Assembly (NCBI GenBank): GCA_039715015.1
Contig: JBDLIE010000036.1
Span: forward strand, 1 to 25,561
Origin: Thermodesulfobacteriota bacterium
GTDB lineage: Bacteria > Desulfobacterota > Desulfobulbia > Desulfobulbales > SURF-16
DNA length: 25,561 bases
Direction of reading: 5' to 3'
Part shown: positions 17,420-25,561 of the stretch, piece after piece
Numbering within the stretch: the first letter of the stretch is position 1
Layout of the letters: each line of letters begins with the position of its first letter
The notes under the pieces: generated by a model
Seen by the model: the letters and a program-made list of their open reading frames with translations, nothing else
Told to the model about the DNA's origin: nothing
Database searches by the model: none
Made by a program: the position numbers and the translations under genes

Positions 17420-17956
17420 CTATTTTGAAGCTGCCTTACCAGCTTTGCGGACGATACGCTCACCTTCATAACGAATACCCTTACCCTTATACGGCTCAGG
17501 TTTACGGATGGCGCGGATTGTTGCGGCTGTTTGGCCGAGCAATTCCTTGTCGATAGAGTCAAGGGTAATCTCGGTACGGTCAACCTTGGCGTTCACACCT
17601 TCTGGCAGGTCAAAGAGTACCGGGTTTGAAAAACCGACATTTAGAGAAATGGTTTTTCCCTTAAGGTCTGCACGGTAGCCTACGCCCTCAATCATCAGTT
17701 TCTTTGAAAACCCGCTAACAGTGCCGATAATCATGTTATCGACAAGGGTACGAAAGAGACCACTAAAGGCCACTGTACGTTTGCTGTTATCACGACATTT
17801 AACATTAATCATATTGCCTTCAGCGACAAATTCGATTTCCGGACGAATATCACGTTCAAGGGAGCCTTTTGGCCCGGTAACCTTTACTTGGTTACCCTTA
17901 ATATCAACCTGCACACCGGCAGGTACTTCAATGGGTTTTTTTCCTATCCTAGACAT
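17420..17956 (-). CDS. rplF: 50S ribosomal protein L6
   Basis: MSRIGKKPI, GPKGSL, GVGYRA, PEPYKGKGIRY. Confidence 0.98.
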   Translation of the reverse strand: MSRIGKKPIEVPAGVQVDIKGNQVKVTGPKGSLERDIRPEIEFVAEGNMINVKCRDNSKRTVAFSGLFRTLVDNMIIGTVSGFSKKLMIEGVGYRADLKGKTISLNVGFSNPVLFDLPEGVNAKVDRTEITLDSIDKELLGQTAATIRAIRKPEPYKGKGIRYEGERIVRKAGKAASK

Positions 17957-17992
17957 TAGTCTACTCCATATACCTAATCTGTAGTGTATCTG

Positions 17993-18391
17993 TTACCAGA
18001 CTTCACAGAGTAATTCGCCACCAACACCTTGCTGACGAGCTTCTTTGTCCGTGATAACACCGTTGGATGTGGAAAGGATAGAAACACCAAGGCCACTCAT
18101 CACTTTCGGAATCTTATTTGCCTGGACATACACGCGACAGCCCGGCTTGCTCACTCTTTTCAGACCTGTAATAACACCGTCATTATTGTGGTCATACTTG
18201 AGGGATATCTTCAATACACCCTGCTTGGAATCTTCAATGAGTTCAAAGCCATTAATAAAGCCTTCCTTCTGGAGATTCTCGGCAACATGCGCCTTCAGGT
18301 TCGAATTTGGTATTTCAACAGATTCATGCCGGGCCGTATTTGCATTACGAATACGGGTAAGCAGGTCTGCTAAAGGATCACTCATTGACAT
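17993..18391 (-). CDS. rpsH: 30S ribosomal protein S8
   Basis: [41 protein letters not shown]. Confidence 0.98.
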   Translation of the reverse strand: MSMSDPLADLLTRIRNANTARHESVEIPNSNLKAHVAENLQKEGFINGFELIEDSKQGVLKISLKYDHNNDGVITGLKRVSKPGCRVYVQANKIPKVMSGLGVSILSTSNGVITDKEARQQGVGGELLCEVW

Positions 18392-18522
18392 AAATATTCC
18401 TCTATGACCTCTCCATAAATTCCCAAAAAAGAGGAAAGGTTGAACTACAGTTTCATATTAGGCTCTTGTTCACCGGACTTAAAACCTCTAAGCAAAGTAC
18501 TGAGAACCAGTTAAGGTGGTTG

Positions 18523-18708
18523 TTACCAGCTTGATTTAGTAACGCCGGTGATCTCACCACGTGAAGCCATGGAACGAAAACAAATTCTACAAATTCCATA
18601 TTTCCGCAGAAAACCTCGAGGTCTACCGCATAAAGGGCACCTGTTATAAGCGCGCACCTTGAATTTTGGCTTACGAGTACTTTTTGCGATCAATGATTTT
18701 TTAGCCAA
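18523..18708 (-). CDS. rpsN: 30S ribosomal protein S14, type Z (61 aa, Zn-binding)
   Basis: TTG start at 18708 after [31 protein letters not shown]. Confidence 0.97.
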   Translation of the reverse strand: MAKKSLIAKSTRKPKFKVRAYNRCPLCGRPRGFLRKYGICRICFRSMASRGEITGVTKSSW

Positions 18709-18735
18709 ACCAACTTCCTCCAAGCCCGAGGCTTA

Positions 18736-19275
18736 CTATTTATTAAAAGGCATTCCAATTGCTTTAAGCAGGAAATGTCCTTCTTCATTCGTCTTTGCAG
18801 TGGTGGTGATGGTGACATTAAACCCTTTGATTTTATCAATTTTATCATAATCAATCTCAGGGAAAATTATGTGTTCTTTAACTCCAAAGGAGAAATTGCC
18901 ACGGCCATCAAAACCTTTACTCTTAATGCCACGAAAATCGCGGACACGTGGAATAGCAACATGAATAAGTTTATTCAAAAACTCATACATCCGCTCTCCG
19001 CGCAGGGTTACCCGGCAGCCGATGGGCATACCTTCCCGTAACTTAAAACCAGCAATTGACTTACGAGCACGGGTCACCACTGATTTTTGACCAGCAATCT
19101 GGGTCATTTCATTGGCTGCGGACTCGACGATCTTAGGATTTTGAACTGCCTCGCCAAGACCCATATTCAAGGTAACCTTTTCAATCTTGGGTACCTGCAT
19201 GATATTTTTGTAGCTGAACTCATTCATGAGTTCAGAGACACAATTATTTTTATAATGATCTTTTAATGCTGCCAT
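18736..19275 (-). CDS. rplE: 50S ribosomal protein L5
   Basis: [32 protein letters not shown]; second ATG (19275) fits AAGGAG spacing better than 19278. Confidence 0.97.
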   Translation of the reverse strand: MAALKDHYKNNCVSELMNEFSYKNIMQVPKIEKVTLNMGLGEAVQNPKIVESAANEMTQIAGQKSVVTRARKSIAGFKLREGMPIGCRVTLRGERMYEFLNKLIHVAIPRVRDFRGIKSKGFDGRGNFSFGVKEHIIFPEIDYDKIDKIKGFNVTITTTAKTNEEGHFLLKAIGMPFNK

Positions 19276-19305
19276 CATCGTCTCCTTGAAGCACTATCCC
19301 CAGGC

Positions 19306-19635
19306 TTATTCGCCTAAGGTTTCTCCACATTTTATACAGGCGCGAGTCTTAGTGCCATCTTCGAGCACGTTCATTTTAATACGGACAGGCTTTGCACATT
19401 TCTCACAAATCAGCATCAGGTTTGAAACGTGAATAGGAGCATCCTTTTCGAGAATACCACCCTGCTGATTAGCCATACTCGGCTTGGTGTGACGTTTTAC
19501 GACATTAATCTTTTCTACAATCGCCTTATTCTCTTTAGGAAGAATACTGGTGATTTTGCCGACACGACCCTTGTCCTTGCCTGCAATCACCTCGACCTGA
19601 TCATCAACCTTGAGATAATTTTTCCCTGTCTGCAT
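19306..19635 (-). CDS. rplX: 50S ribosomal protein L24
   Basis: VIAGKDKG (KOW), [26 protein letters not shown] 19635 fits the SD better than 19641. Confidence 0.96.
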   Translation of the reverse strand: MQTGKNYLKVDDQVEVIAGKDKGRVGKITSILPKENKAIVEKINVVKRHTKPSMANQQGGILEKDAPIHVSNLMLICEKCAKPVRIKMNVLEDGTKTRACIKCGETLGE

Positions 19636-19693
19636 CTTCATGCCTCTATAGAAAAGCAGTTGGGCAACAAGCCCTCTACTTTAACTCTAAAAT

Positions 19694-20062
19694 TTATAAT
19701 ACCTCTGGGGCGAGAGAGATAATTTTCATATACCCCAAAGGTCTCAGTTCGCGGGCAACAGGTCCAAAAATACGGGTACCAAGTGGCTCGCCTGAATTAT
19801 TAAGCAGCACTGCTGCATTATCATCAAAACGTACATGGGTGTCGTCCATGCGCTTAAGTGCCTGAGAGGTCCGGACAATAACAGCACGCATAACGTCGCC
19901 TTTCTTGACCTTGGCGTTAGGCATTGCCTCTTTGACAGTGACAACAATAACGTCGCCAATGCTGGCGTAACGTCTTTTGGTGCCGCCAAGAACACGTATA
20001 CATAAGACCTGTTTTGCACCTGAATTATCAGCTACGTTAAGTCTACTTTCTGTTTGAATCAT
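19694..20062 (-). CDS. rplN: 50S ribosomal protein L14
   Basis: [43 protein letters not shown]. Confidence 0.98.
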   Translation of the reverse strand: MIQTESRLNVADNSGAKQVLCIRVLGGTKRRYASIGDVIVVTVKEAMPNAKVKKGDVMRAVIVRTSQALKRMDDTHVRFDDNAAVLLNNSGEPLGTRIFGPVARELRPLGYMKIISLAPEVL

Positions 20063-20129
20063 GATATCACCAGGTAACCTCTATCCTTTTCTTAAGCCTC
20101 ATGGCTCTCAGAAAAAAATAGGAAAAATA

Positions 20130-20387
20130 CTAGACGGCCTTCTCAATAACTTCACGTACACGCCACCGCTTGTTCTTGCTGATGGGCCGACATTCTTCGA
20201 TGAGAACGCGATCTCCCTCTCCAGCAACTTCCTGCGGATCATCAGCCATATACTTCTCGTTACGACGGAGAAATTTGCCATACAGCTTATGCTTGTAAAG
20301 TCTCTCAGTGAGGACAACGATGGTTCTATCCATCTTGTCACTGACGACAATGCCGACTTTGGTTCTTTTATTTTTTTTATCAGACAT
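20130..20387 (-). CDS. rpsQ: 30S ribosomal protein S17
   Basis: GIVVSDKMDRTIVV, HKLYGK, GDRVLIEECRPISK.KRW. Confidence 0.97.
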   Translation of the reverse strand: MSDKKNKRTKVGIVVSDKMDRTIVVLTERLYKHKLYGKFLRRNEKYMADDPQEVAGEGDRVLIEECRPISKNKRWRVREVIEKAV

Positions 20388-20436
20388 GATTTCCCCTACT
20401 ATTATTAGCAGGTTGTAGCAAGATACCTTCTTGGCA

Positions 20437-20625
20437 TCAATGCTGTTTTTCGTTGATAACAGTGCTTATCCGAGCAATTGACTTACGCAGATTCTTTAAT
20501 ACAGCCGGGTTCTCTAAAGGACGAATCCCATGCTGAATCTTGAGCTTGCAAAGTTCCTCAGAAGAATCAATGGCTTTACTCTGCAACTCCTCGATAGTCA
20601 TGTCTCTCATTGCGGAAATTTTCAT
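20437..20625 (-). CDS. rpmC: 50S ribosomal protein L29
   Basis: 62 aa, [22 protein letters not shown]; between rplP and rpsQ, ATGA overlap with rplP. Confidence 0.94.
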   Translation of the reverse strand: MKISAMRDMTIEELQSKAIDSSEELCKLKIQHGIRPLENPAVLKNLRKSIARISTVINEKQH

Positions 20626-21038
20626 AACGTATCCTTTTTGGAAATTACCTTTGTTGCAAAGGGCAGTTTAGCACCTGCCAATTTCAAAGCCTTACGGGCA
20701 GTCTCTTCATCAACACCGACAATCTCATAGAGTATACGGCCTGGCTTGATCTGGGCCACCCAGTACTCAGGACTACCTTTACCTTTACCCATCCTGGTCT
20801 CAGCGGGCTTTTTGGTGATGGGCTTATCAGGAAAAACCCGAATCCACATCTGTCCTGATCTTTTTACTGTTCTGCTTATGGTAATACGAGCAGCTTCAAT
20901 CTGACGGGCGGTCATCTTGCCCACCTGAACTGCCTTTAGAGCATAATCACCAAAGCTAATGGCAGAGCCACGGTAGGCAGCGCCACGTGAGCGGCCTGTC
21001 ATTACTTTTCTATGCTTAACTTTCTTAGGACTCAGCAT
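20622..21038 (-). CDS. rplP: 50S ribosomal protein L16
   Basis: [30 protein letters not shown]. Confidence 0.98.
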   Translation of the reverse strand: MLSPKKVKHRKVMTGRSRGAAYRGSAISFGDYALKAVQVGKMTARQIEAARITISRTVKRSGQMWIRVFPDKPITKKPAETRMGKGKGSPEYWVAQIKPGRILYEIVGVDEETARKALKLAGAKLPFATKVISKKDTL

Positions 21039-21174
21039 AATATCACCTAAACTTCACATGAAGTTTTCTATCTAAATCAATGCTGGTTGACATTACATCT
21101 TGCCAATCAACAATGTACTTCTTGTTAAGATCTCCCAGACATTGTGCTGCCTATATAAAGAGATAACAAGAATG

Positions 21175-21825
21175 TTATTGTTCTTCTATTGCCTCTGACT
21201 CAGTTAGAATTTCACCGTTGAAAATCCAAACCTTAACACCAATGATTCCATAGGTGGTAGCGGCTTCGGCAAAACCATAATCAATGTCAGCACGGAGAGT
21301 ATGAAGGGGAACACGACCTTCACGGGTCCATTCACGGCGGGCCATTTCAGCACCCCCCAGGCGACCGGAGCAGGCTATCTTAATACCTTTAGCTCCGAAC
21401 TTCAAGCCGATATTTACAGCCTTTTTCATAGCCCGTCGAAATGCAATGCGACGCTCCAGTTGCATGGCAACATTCTCCGCGACAAGCTGGGCATCGGCTT
21501 CAGGGCGGCGAACCTCCTGAATATCAACCATAACCTTGCGCTGGACAAGTCGATCGAGATCCTTTTTAACAGATTCGATCTCAATTCCCTTCTTGCCAAT
21601 TACAATACCCGGACGTGCGGTGTAAATCTTTATGCGAACCTTATCACCAGTACGTGAGATATGAATCTTAGATACGCCGGCATGATAGAGTCTCTTCTTG
21701 AGGAACTTACGAATCTTCTGATCCTCAATTAAGTACTTGGCGTAGTCCTTATCAGCATACCAATTGGATTCCCATGAACGGGTAATACCCAGCCGTAAAC
21801 CTATCGGATTAACTTTCTGGCCCAA
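21175..21825 (-). CDS. rpsC: 30S ribosomal protein S3
   Basis: [48 protein letters not shown] start. Confidence 0.98.
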   Translation of the reverse strand: MGQKVNPIGLRLGITRSWESNWYADKDYAKYLIEDQKIRKFLKKRLYHAGVSKIHISRTGDKVRIKIYTARPGIVIGKKGIEIESVKKDLDRLVQRKVMVDIQEVRRPEADAQLVAENVAMQLERRIAFRRAMKKAVNIGLKFGAKGIKIACSGRLGGAEMARREWTREGRVPLHTLRADIDYGFAEAATTYGIIGVKVWIFNGEILTESEAIEEQ

Positions 21826-21870
21826 AACCTGCCTCCATACATGACTGCTTCAAATGAGCAGATCGTTTTA

Positions 21871-22203
21871 TTACTGTTCGTCAAGAACCACGGTAATGTG
21901 GCTTGTTCTTTTCAAGATGCGGCTGGCACGTCCCATGGCGCGGGGACGGATGCGTTTGAGCATGGGGCCACCATCTACAAATACCGTTTTCACGTAGAGG
22001 GTATCGACATCGATTGCCTCATTCTGACTGGCATTAGCTACGGCTGACTCAACGACTTTACGCAAAATCCGGGCACCCTTTTTTGGCATAAATCTGAGAG
22101 TCGTAATTGCTTCATCAACATTCTTCCCGCGAATGGTATCAGCTACAAGTCGTGCCTTCTGGGGAGAAATCCGTATAAAACGGGCTCTAGCCTTGGCTTC
22201 CAT
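21871..22203 (-). CDS. rplV: 50S ribosomal protein L22
   Basis: [34 protein letters not shown]. Confidence 0.98.
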   Translation of the reverse strand: MEAKARARFIRISPQKARLVADTIRGKNVDEAITTLRFMPKKGARILRKVVESAVANASQNEAIDVDTLYVKTVFVDGGPMLKRIRPRAMGRASRILKRTSHITVVLDEQ

Positions 22204-22290
22204 TTGTCATCTCCTGTGAAGCTTGAGGTTAAACAAGCCTCTAAAATGCTTCACTTTTTCTTACTATAATAAAGCAGGTGTACCTGCTGA

Positions 22291-22566
22291 TTATCTACTA
22301 CCTTTCCTGTCAGAGGCATGGCCATAGTAGGTACGGGTAGGTGAATACTCACCAAGCTTCTGCCCTACCATATTCTCAGTAATGAATACCGGAATAAATT
22401 TGCGGCCATTATGAACCGCAATGGTCATTCCAACCATCTCTGGAAAGATGGATGATCGACGAGACCAAGTCTTGATAACCTTCCGAGAACCTGACTCACT
22501 TGCTGCAGCCACCTTCTTCATCAGATGGTCATCAATAAAAGGACCTTTTTTAATTGAGCGTGCCAT
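22291..22566 (-). CDS. rpsS: 30S ribosomal protein S19
   Basis: [32 protein letters not shown]. Confidence 0.98.
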   Translation of the reverse strand: MARSIKKGPFIDDHLMKKVAAASESGSRKVIKTWSRRSSIFPEMVGMTIAVHNGRKFIPVFITENMVGQKLGEYSPTRTYYGHASDRKGSR

Positions 22567-22580
22567 ATGTCAAACTCCTC

Positions 22581-23405
22581 TTATGAGCGTTTCTTAATGA
22601 TAAATTTATCAGAAGTCTTGCGGGTACGTGTCTTGTAACCCTTGGTTGGAACACCCCAGGGTGTACAGGGATGACGACCACCTGAGCTCTTACCCTCACC
22701 ACCACCCATTGGATGATCATGGGGGTTCATAGCAACACCACGAACCTTAGGTCGACGGCCTTTCCAGCGGTTACGACCAGCCTTACCGAGCTTCTGACTG
22801 TCATGAAGAATGTTACCAATCTGACCAACACAGGCCCGACAGCGCTTATGAAACTTGCGAACCTCACCAGAAGGAAGCTTGACAAGTACATACTCTCCCT
22901 CTTTAGCCATAAGCTGGGCTGCGGTACCGGCAGAGCGAACAAGCTGAGCGCCTTTACCGATCTTCATCTCAATATTATGGATGATGGAACCCAAGGGAAT
23001 ATTAGCCATGGGCAGGCAATTTCCAAGCTTGATGTCAACCTCAGGACCGGTTTCAACAATATCACCGACCTTAATGCCATGGGGAGAAAGGATATAACGC
23101 TTCTCACCATCAGCATAAAAAAGCAGAGCTATATTGGCGGTGCGATTCGGGTCATATTCGATTGCCGCAACCTTGGCAGGGATATTTTCCTTATCACGCT
23201 TGAAATCGATAACACGGTACTTGCGTTTATGTCCACCACCAATATGGCGGGCAGTCATCCGCCCGTAATTATTACGACCACCGGACTTACTTTTAGCCCG
23301 GACCAGGCTCTTTTCAGGACGATCCTTAGACAACTCAGGATCGAGCACTGAAATATAATTTCTTCTACCAGGCGAGGTGGGTTTATATGTCTTTAAAATA
23401 GCCAT
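22581..23405 (-). CDS. rplB: 50S ribosomal protein L2
   Basis: [35 protein letters not shown]. Confidence 0.98.
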   Translation of the reverse strand: MAILKTYKPTSPGRRNYISVLDPELSKDRPEKSLVRAKSKSGGRNNYGRMTARHIGGGHKRKYRVIDFKRDKENIPAKVAAIEYDPNRTANIALLFYADGEKRYILSPHGIKVGDIVETGPEVDIKLGNCLPMANIPLGSIIHNIEMKIGKGAQLVRSAGTAAQLMAKEGEYVLVKLPSGEVRKFHKRCRACVGQIGNILHDSQKLGKAGRNRWKGRRPKVRGVAMNPHDHPMGGGEGKSSGGRHPCTPWGVPTKGYKTRTRKTSDKFIIKKRS

Positions 23406-23497
23406 TTGAGACCCCGATAATATTTAACGCTGCGAGGTATGCAGCTAAAAAAATCCTTTTAAGGCTGGCCAAGTTAGGCCAGTCGCTTAAATCAATC

Positions 23498-23788
23498 TTA
23501 CAGTTCTTCCAAGAAATCGATGGAGCTGCCTTCAGCAAGTGAAACAATGGCCTTCTTCCAATCGGAACGTTGGCCCATATGTTTGCCCATCCTCTTTTTC
23601 TTGCCATGAACCTTACAGGTACGAACTGCATCAACTTTAACGTTGAACAGTTTCTCAACAGCCTGTTTAATCTCAAGCTTGTTAGCCCGGGTATCAACCT
23701 TAAAGACTACCTGATTTTCAAGCTCTTGAAGAGACATGCCCTTTTCAGTGAGGCATGGTTTTTTTATAATGTTGTACATGTCGTTCAT
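23498..23788 (-). CDS. rplW: 50S ribosomal protein L23
   Basis: P.LTEK, ANKLEIKQAVEKLFNVKV, WKKAIV; ATGA overlap with rplD. Confidence 0.97.
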   Translation of the reverse strand: MNDMYNIIKKPCLTEKGMSLQELENQVVFKVDTRANKLEIKQAVEKLFNVKVDAVRTCKVHGKKKRMGKHMGQRSDWKKAIVSLAEGSSIDFLEEL

Positions 23789-24408
23789 GCCAATAACCTC
23801 TCTTCAAGTTTCTCAATGCTGGTTTGCACCAAGATAAGCTTCTCATGGAGGAGAATATCGTAGACATTCAAGCCGCTCACCGGAAGGACCTTAACCTTCG
23901 GGATGTTACGGGAAGACTTTTCAATCCTCTCATCGTGGTCAGGAATGATAACCAGGGCATTTTTTGCCTCCAGGTTATTCATGAATCCCTTAAAGTCCTT
24001 GGTTTTGATCTCAGACATGTCAAAGGAATCAACCACCTTGAGCTGGTCCTCAGAAAGGCGAGCAGACAGGGCCATCTTCAGGCCAAGCTTACGAACCTTC
24101 TTGGGCAGCTTGTAGCTGTAGTCACGAGGCTTTGGTCCGAAGGCAATACCACCGCCACGCCAAATGGGTGACTGACGGCTACCGGCTCTGGCACGGCCGG
24201 TTCCTTTCTGCTTCCAGGGCTTGGCACCTGAACCAGCAACCTCAACACGGGTCTTGGTAGAGGAGTTGCCTGATCTTCTATTAGCAAGCTGCATTCTAAC
24301 GACGTCATGGAGGATGTGGGTCTTAACCTCAACTCCAAAGAGATCGTCGTTGAGCGTTACTTCGCCAACTTCTTCATTTTTTGTATTATAAACTTGCGTT
24401 ACGGCCAT
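23785..24408 (-). CDS. rplD: 50S ribosomal protein L4
   Basis: KPWKQKGTGRARAGS, WRGGG.AFGPKPR. Confidence 0.98.
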   Translation of the reverse strand: MAVTQVYNTKNEEVGEVTLNDDLFGVEVKTHILHDVVRMQLANRRSGNSSTKTRVEVAGSGAKPWKQKGTGRARAGSRQSPIWRGGGIAFGPKPRDYSYKLPKKVRKLGLKMALSARLSEDQLKVVDSFDMSEIKTKDFKGFMNNLEAKNALVIIPDHDERIEKSSRNIPKVKVLPVSGLNVYDILLHEKLILVQTSIEKLEERLLA

Positions 24409-24460
24409 TTGCTGGCACCCCCGACATGTTTATTAAAGGTTGATTAAGTATCAACCAAAA

Positions 24461-25090
24461 TTATTTGCTATAAATCTGGACAACACCGGTCTTAGCGCCC
24501 GGCAGCGGTCCTTTCACGAGCATAACATTGTCATCATCACGAATATCTATGATGGTGACATTCTTCTTGGTCACAACATCTCCACCCATGCGGCCAGGTA
24601 GCTTCTTACCCTTAATAACCCGGGCAGGCCAGGCACACATACCAATAGAACCGGGTGCTCTATGGAAGTTTGAGCCATGTCCACCAGGGCCACCACTAAA
24701 ACCGTGGCGCTTCATAACACCTTGGAAGCCTTTACCCTTTGAAGTACCGGTCACATCAACAACATCACCGACCTTAAAAAGGTCTGACGCGGCAATTTTC
24801 TGGCCAAGTTCGTACTGATCAGGATCATCAACACGAAACTCTTTCACATGATAAAAGCAGCCCTGCCCGGCAGACTTAAAATGTCCTGCCATGGGTTTAT
24901 TTTCCCGGGACTCCTTTTTAGCTCCGAAGCCAACTTGGATGGCGTTATAGCCTTCCTTTCCTGCAGTCTTCTTCTGGAGAACATAGCAAGGTCCGGTCTC
25001 CACAACAGTAACGCCGATGACGCTTCCTGTTTCGGAGTAAATCCGGGTCATGCCGATTTTCTTTCCTAGTATTCCAATTGTCTTAGGCAT
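24461..25090 (-). CDS. rplC: 50S ribosomal protein L3
   Basis: GKKIGMT, SKGKGFQGVMKRHGF, HRAPGSIG, VKGPLPG. Confidence 0.98.
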   Translation of the reverse strand: MPKTIGILGKKIGMTRIYSETGSVIGVTVVETGPCYVLQKKTAGKEGYNAIQVGFGAKKESRENKPMAGHFKSAGQGCFYHVKEFRVDDPDQYELGQKIAASDLFKVGDVVDVTGTSKGKGFQGVMKRHGFSGGPGGHGSNFHRAPGSIGMCAWPARVIKGKKLPGRMGGDVVTKKNVTIIDIRDDDNVMLVKGPLPGAKTGVVQIYSK

Positions 25091-25133
25091 AATCTTCTCT
25101 AAAATCAGCTGGTGAGCTCATAAACCTTACGGC

Positions 25134-25445
25134 TTAGAGTTTAATTTCAACATCCACACCAGCAGAGAGCTCAAGCTTCATAAGAGAATCAATGGTCTGC
25201 TGGGTAGGCTCCAAAATATCGAGAAGCCTGCGGTGTGTCCTCATTTCAAATTGTTCACGGGACTTTTTATCAACGTGAACGGAGCGGAGAACACAAACCT
25301 TATTTACGGAGGTGGGCAGCGGAATTGGACCAGCTATCGTAGCACCGGTTCTCTTTGCTGTCTCCACAATCTCCATAGTGGATTGGTCGAGTAGTTTATG
25401 ATCGTATCCCTTCAGGCGAATACGAATTTTCTGTGTCTGAATCAT
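25134..25445 (-). CDS. rpsJ: 30S ribosomal protein S10
   Basis: [33 protein letters not shown]. Confidence 0.98.
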   Translation of the reverse strand: MIQTQKIRIRLKGYDHKLLDQSTMEIVETAKRTGATIAGPIPLPTSVNKVCVLRSVHVDKKSREQFEMRTHRRLLDILEPTQQTIDSLMKLELSAGVDVEIKL

Positions 25446-25465
25446 AGTAGTCTCGTCAGAAAGTC

Positions 25466-25561
25466 TTACTCAATAATCTTATTAACAACGCCGGCGCCTA
25501 CTGTACGGCCACCCTCACGGATGGCAAAGCGCAGACCTTCTTCCATGGCGATGGGGGTGAT
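25466..25561 (-). CDS. tuf: Elongation factor Tu, 3' fragment (truncated by the window edge)
   Basis: Hand translation: ..[31 protein letters not shown]. Confidence 0.96.
   Translation of the reverse strand: MTPIAMEEGLRFAIREGGRTVGAGVVNKIIE

Noticed and set aside
21087..21115. Antisense sigma70 promoter (perfect TTGACA on the + strand in the rpsC-rplP spacer)
   Set aside because: The best -10 (AACAAT, 16-nt spacer) lacks the conserved first T; chance occurrence in AT-rich DNA is likely.
23383..23697. 104-aa alternate-frame ORF bridging rplW and rplB
   Set aside because: Overlaps rplW out of frame, has no SD or recognisable motif, and no slippery site was evident.

Overview
Bacterial chromosomal window, probably from an anaerobic deltaproteobacterium (Desulfobacterota, plausibly Desulfobulbales; inferred from protein style and gene order only). 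It has three parts. (1) 50-8323 (+): an aryl-acid uptake/activation-type cluster: phenylacetate-CoA ligase (PaaK-like) - tandem ACT-domain protein - complete LIV/HAAT-family ABC importer (lipoprotein SBP, LivH, LivM, LivG, LivF) - second PaaK-like ligase. Several structured palindromic elements sit in its spacers. (2) 8324-9982: a small accessory convergence zone containing a ~215-nt nested-palindrome element, a compositionally foreign 114-aa beta-solenoid ORF bracketed by a 37-nt imperfect direct repeat and by two sequence-related terminators, and a secreted 15-residue-repeat protein on the minus strand. (3) 9983-25561 (-): the fused str/S10/spc/alpha ribosomal superoperon from the 3' end of tuf to rplQ, including secY-map-infA-rpmJ (no adk) and rpoA. 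About two-thirds of the window is ordinary housekeeping DNA. The best candidates for something undescribed are the repeat-bracketed cassette at ~8350-9280, the RPE-like structured element at ~1925-2050, and an abrupt loss of C-ending codons at the end of the plus-strand operon. No CRISPR, tRNA, rRNA or transposase gene was seen.
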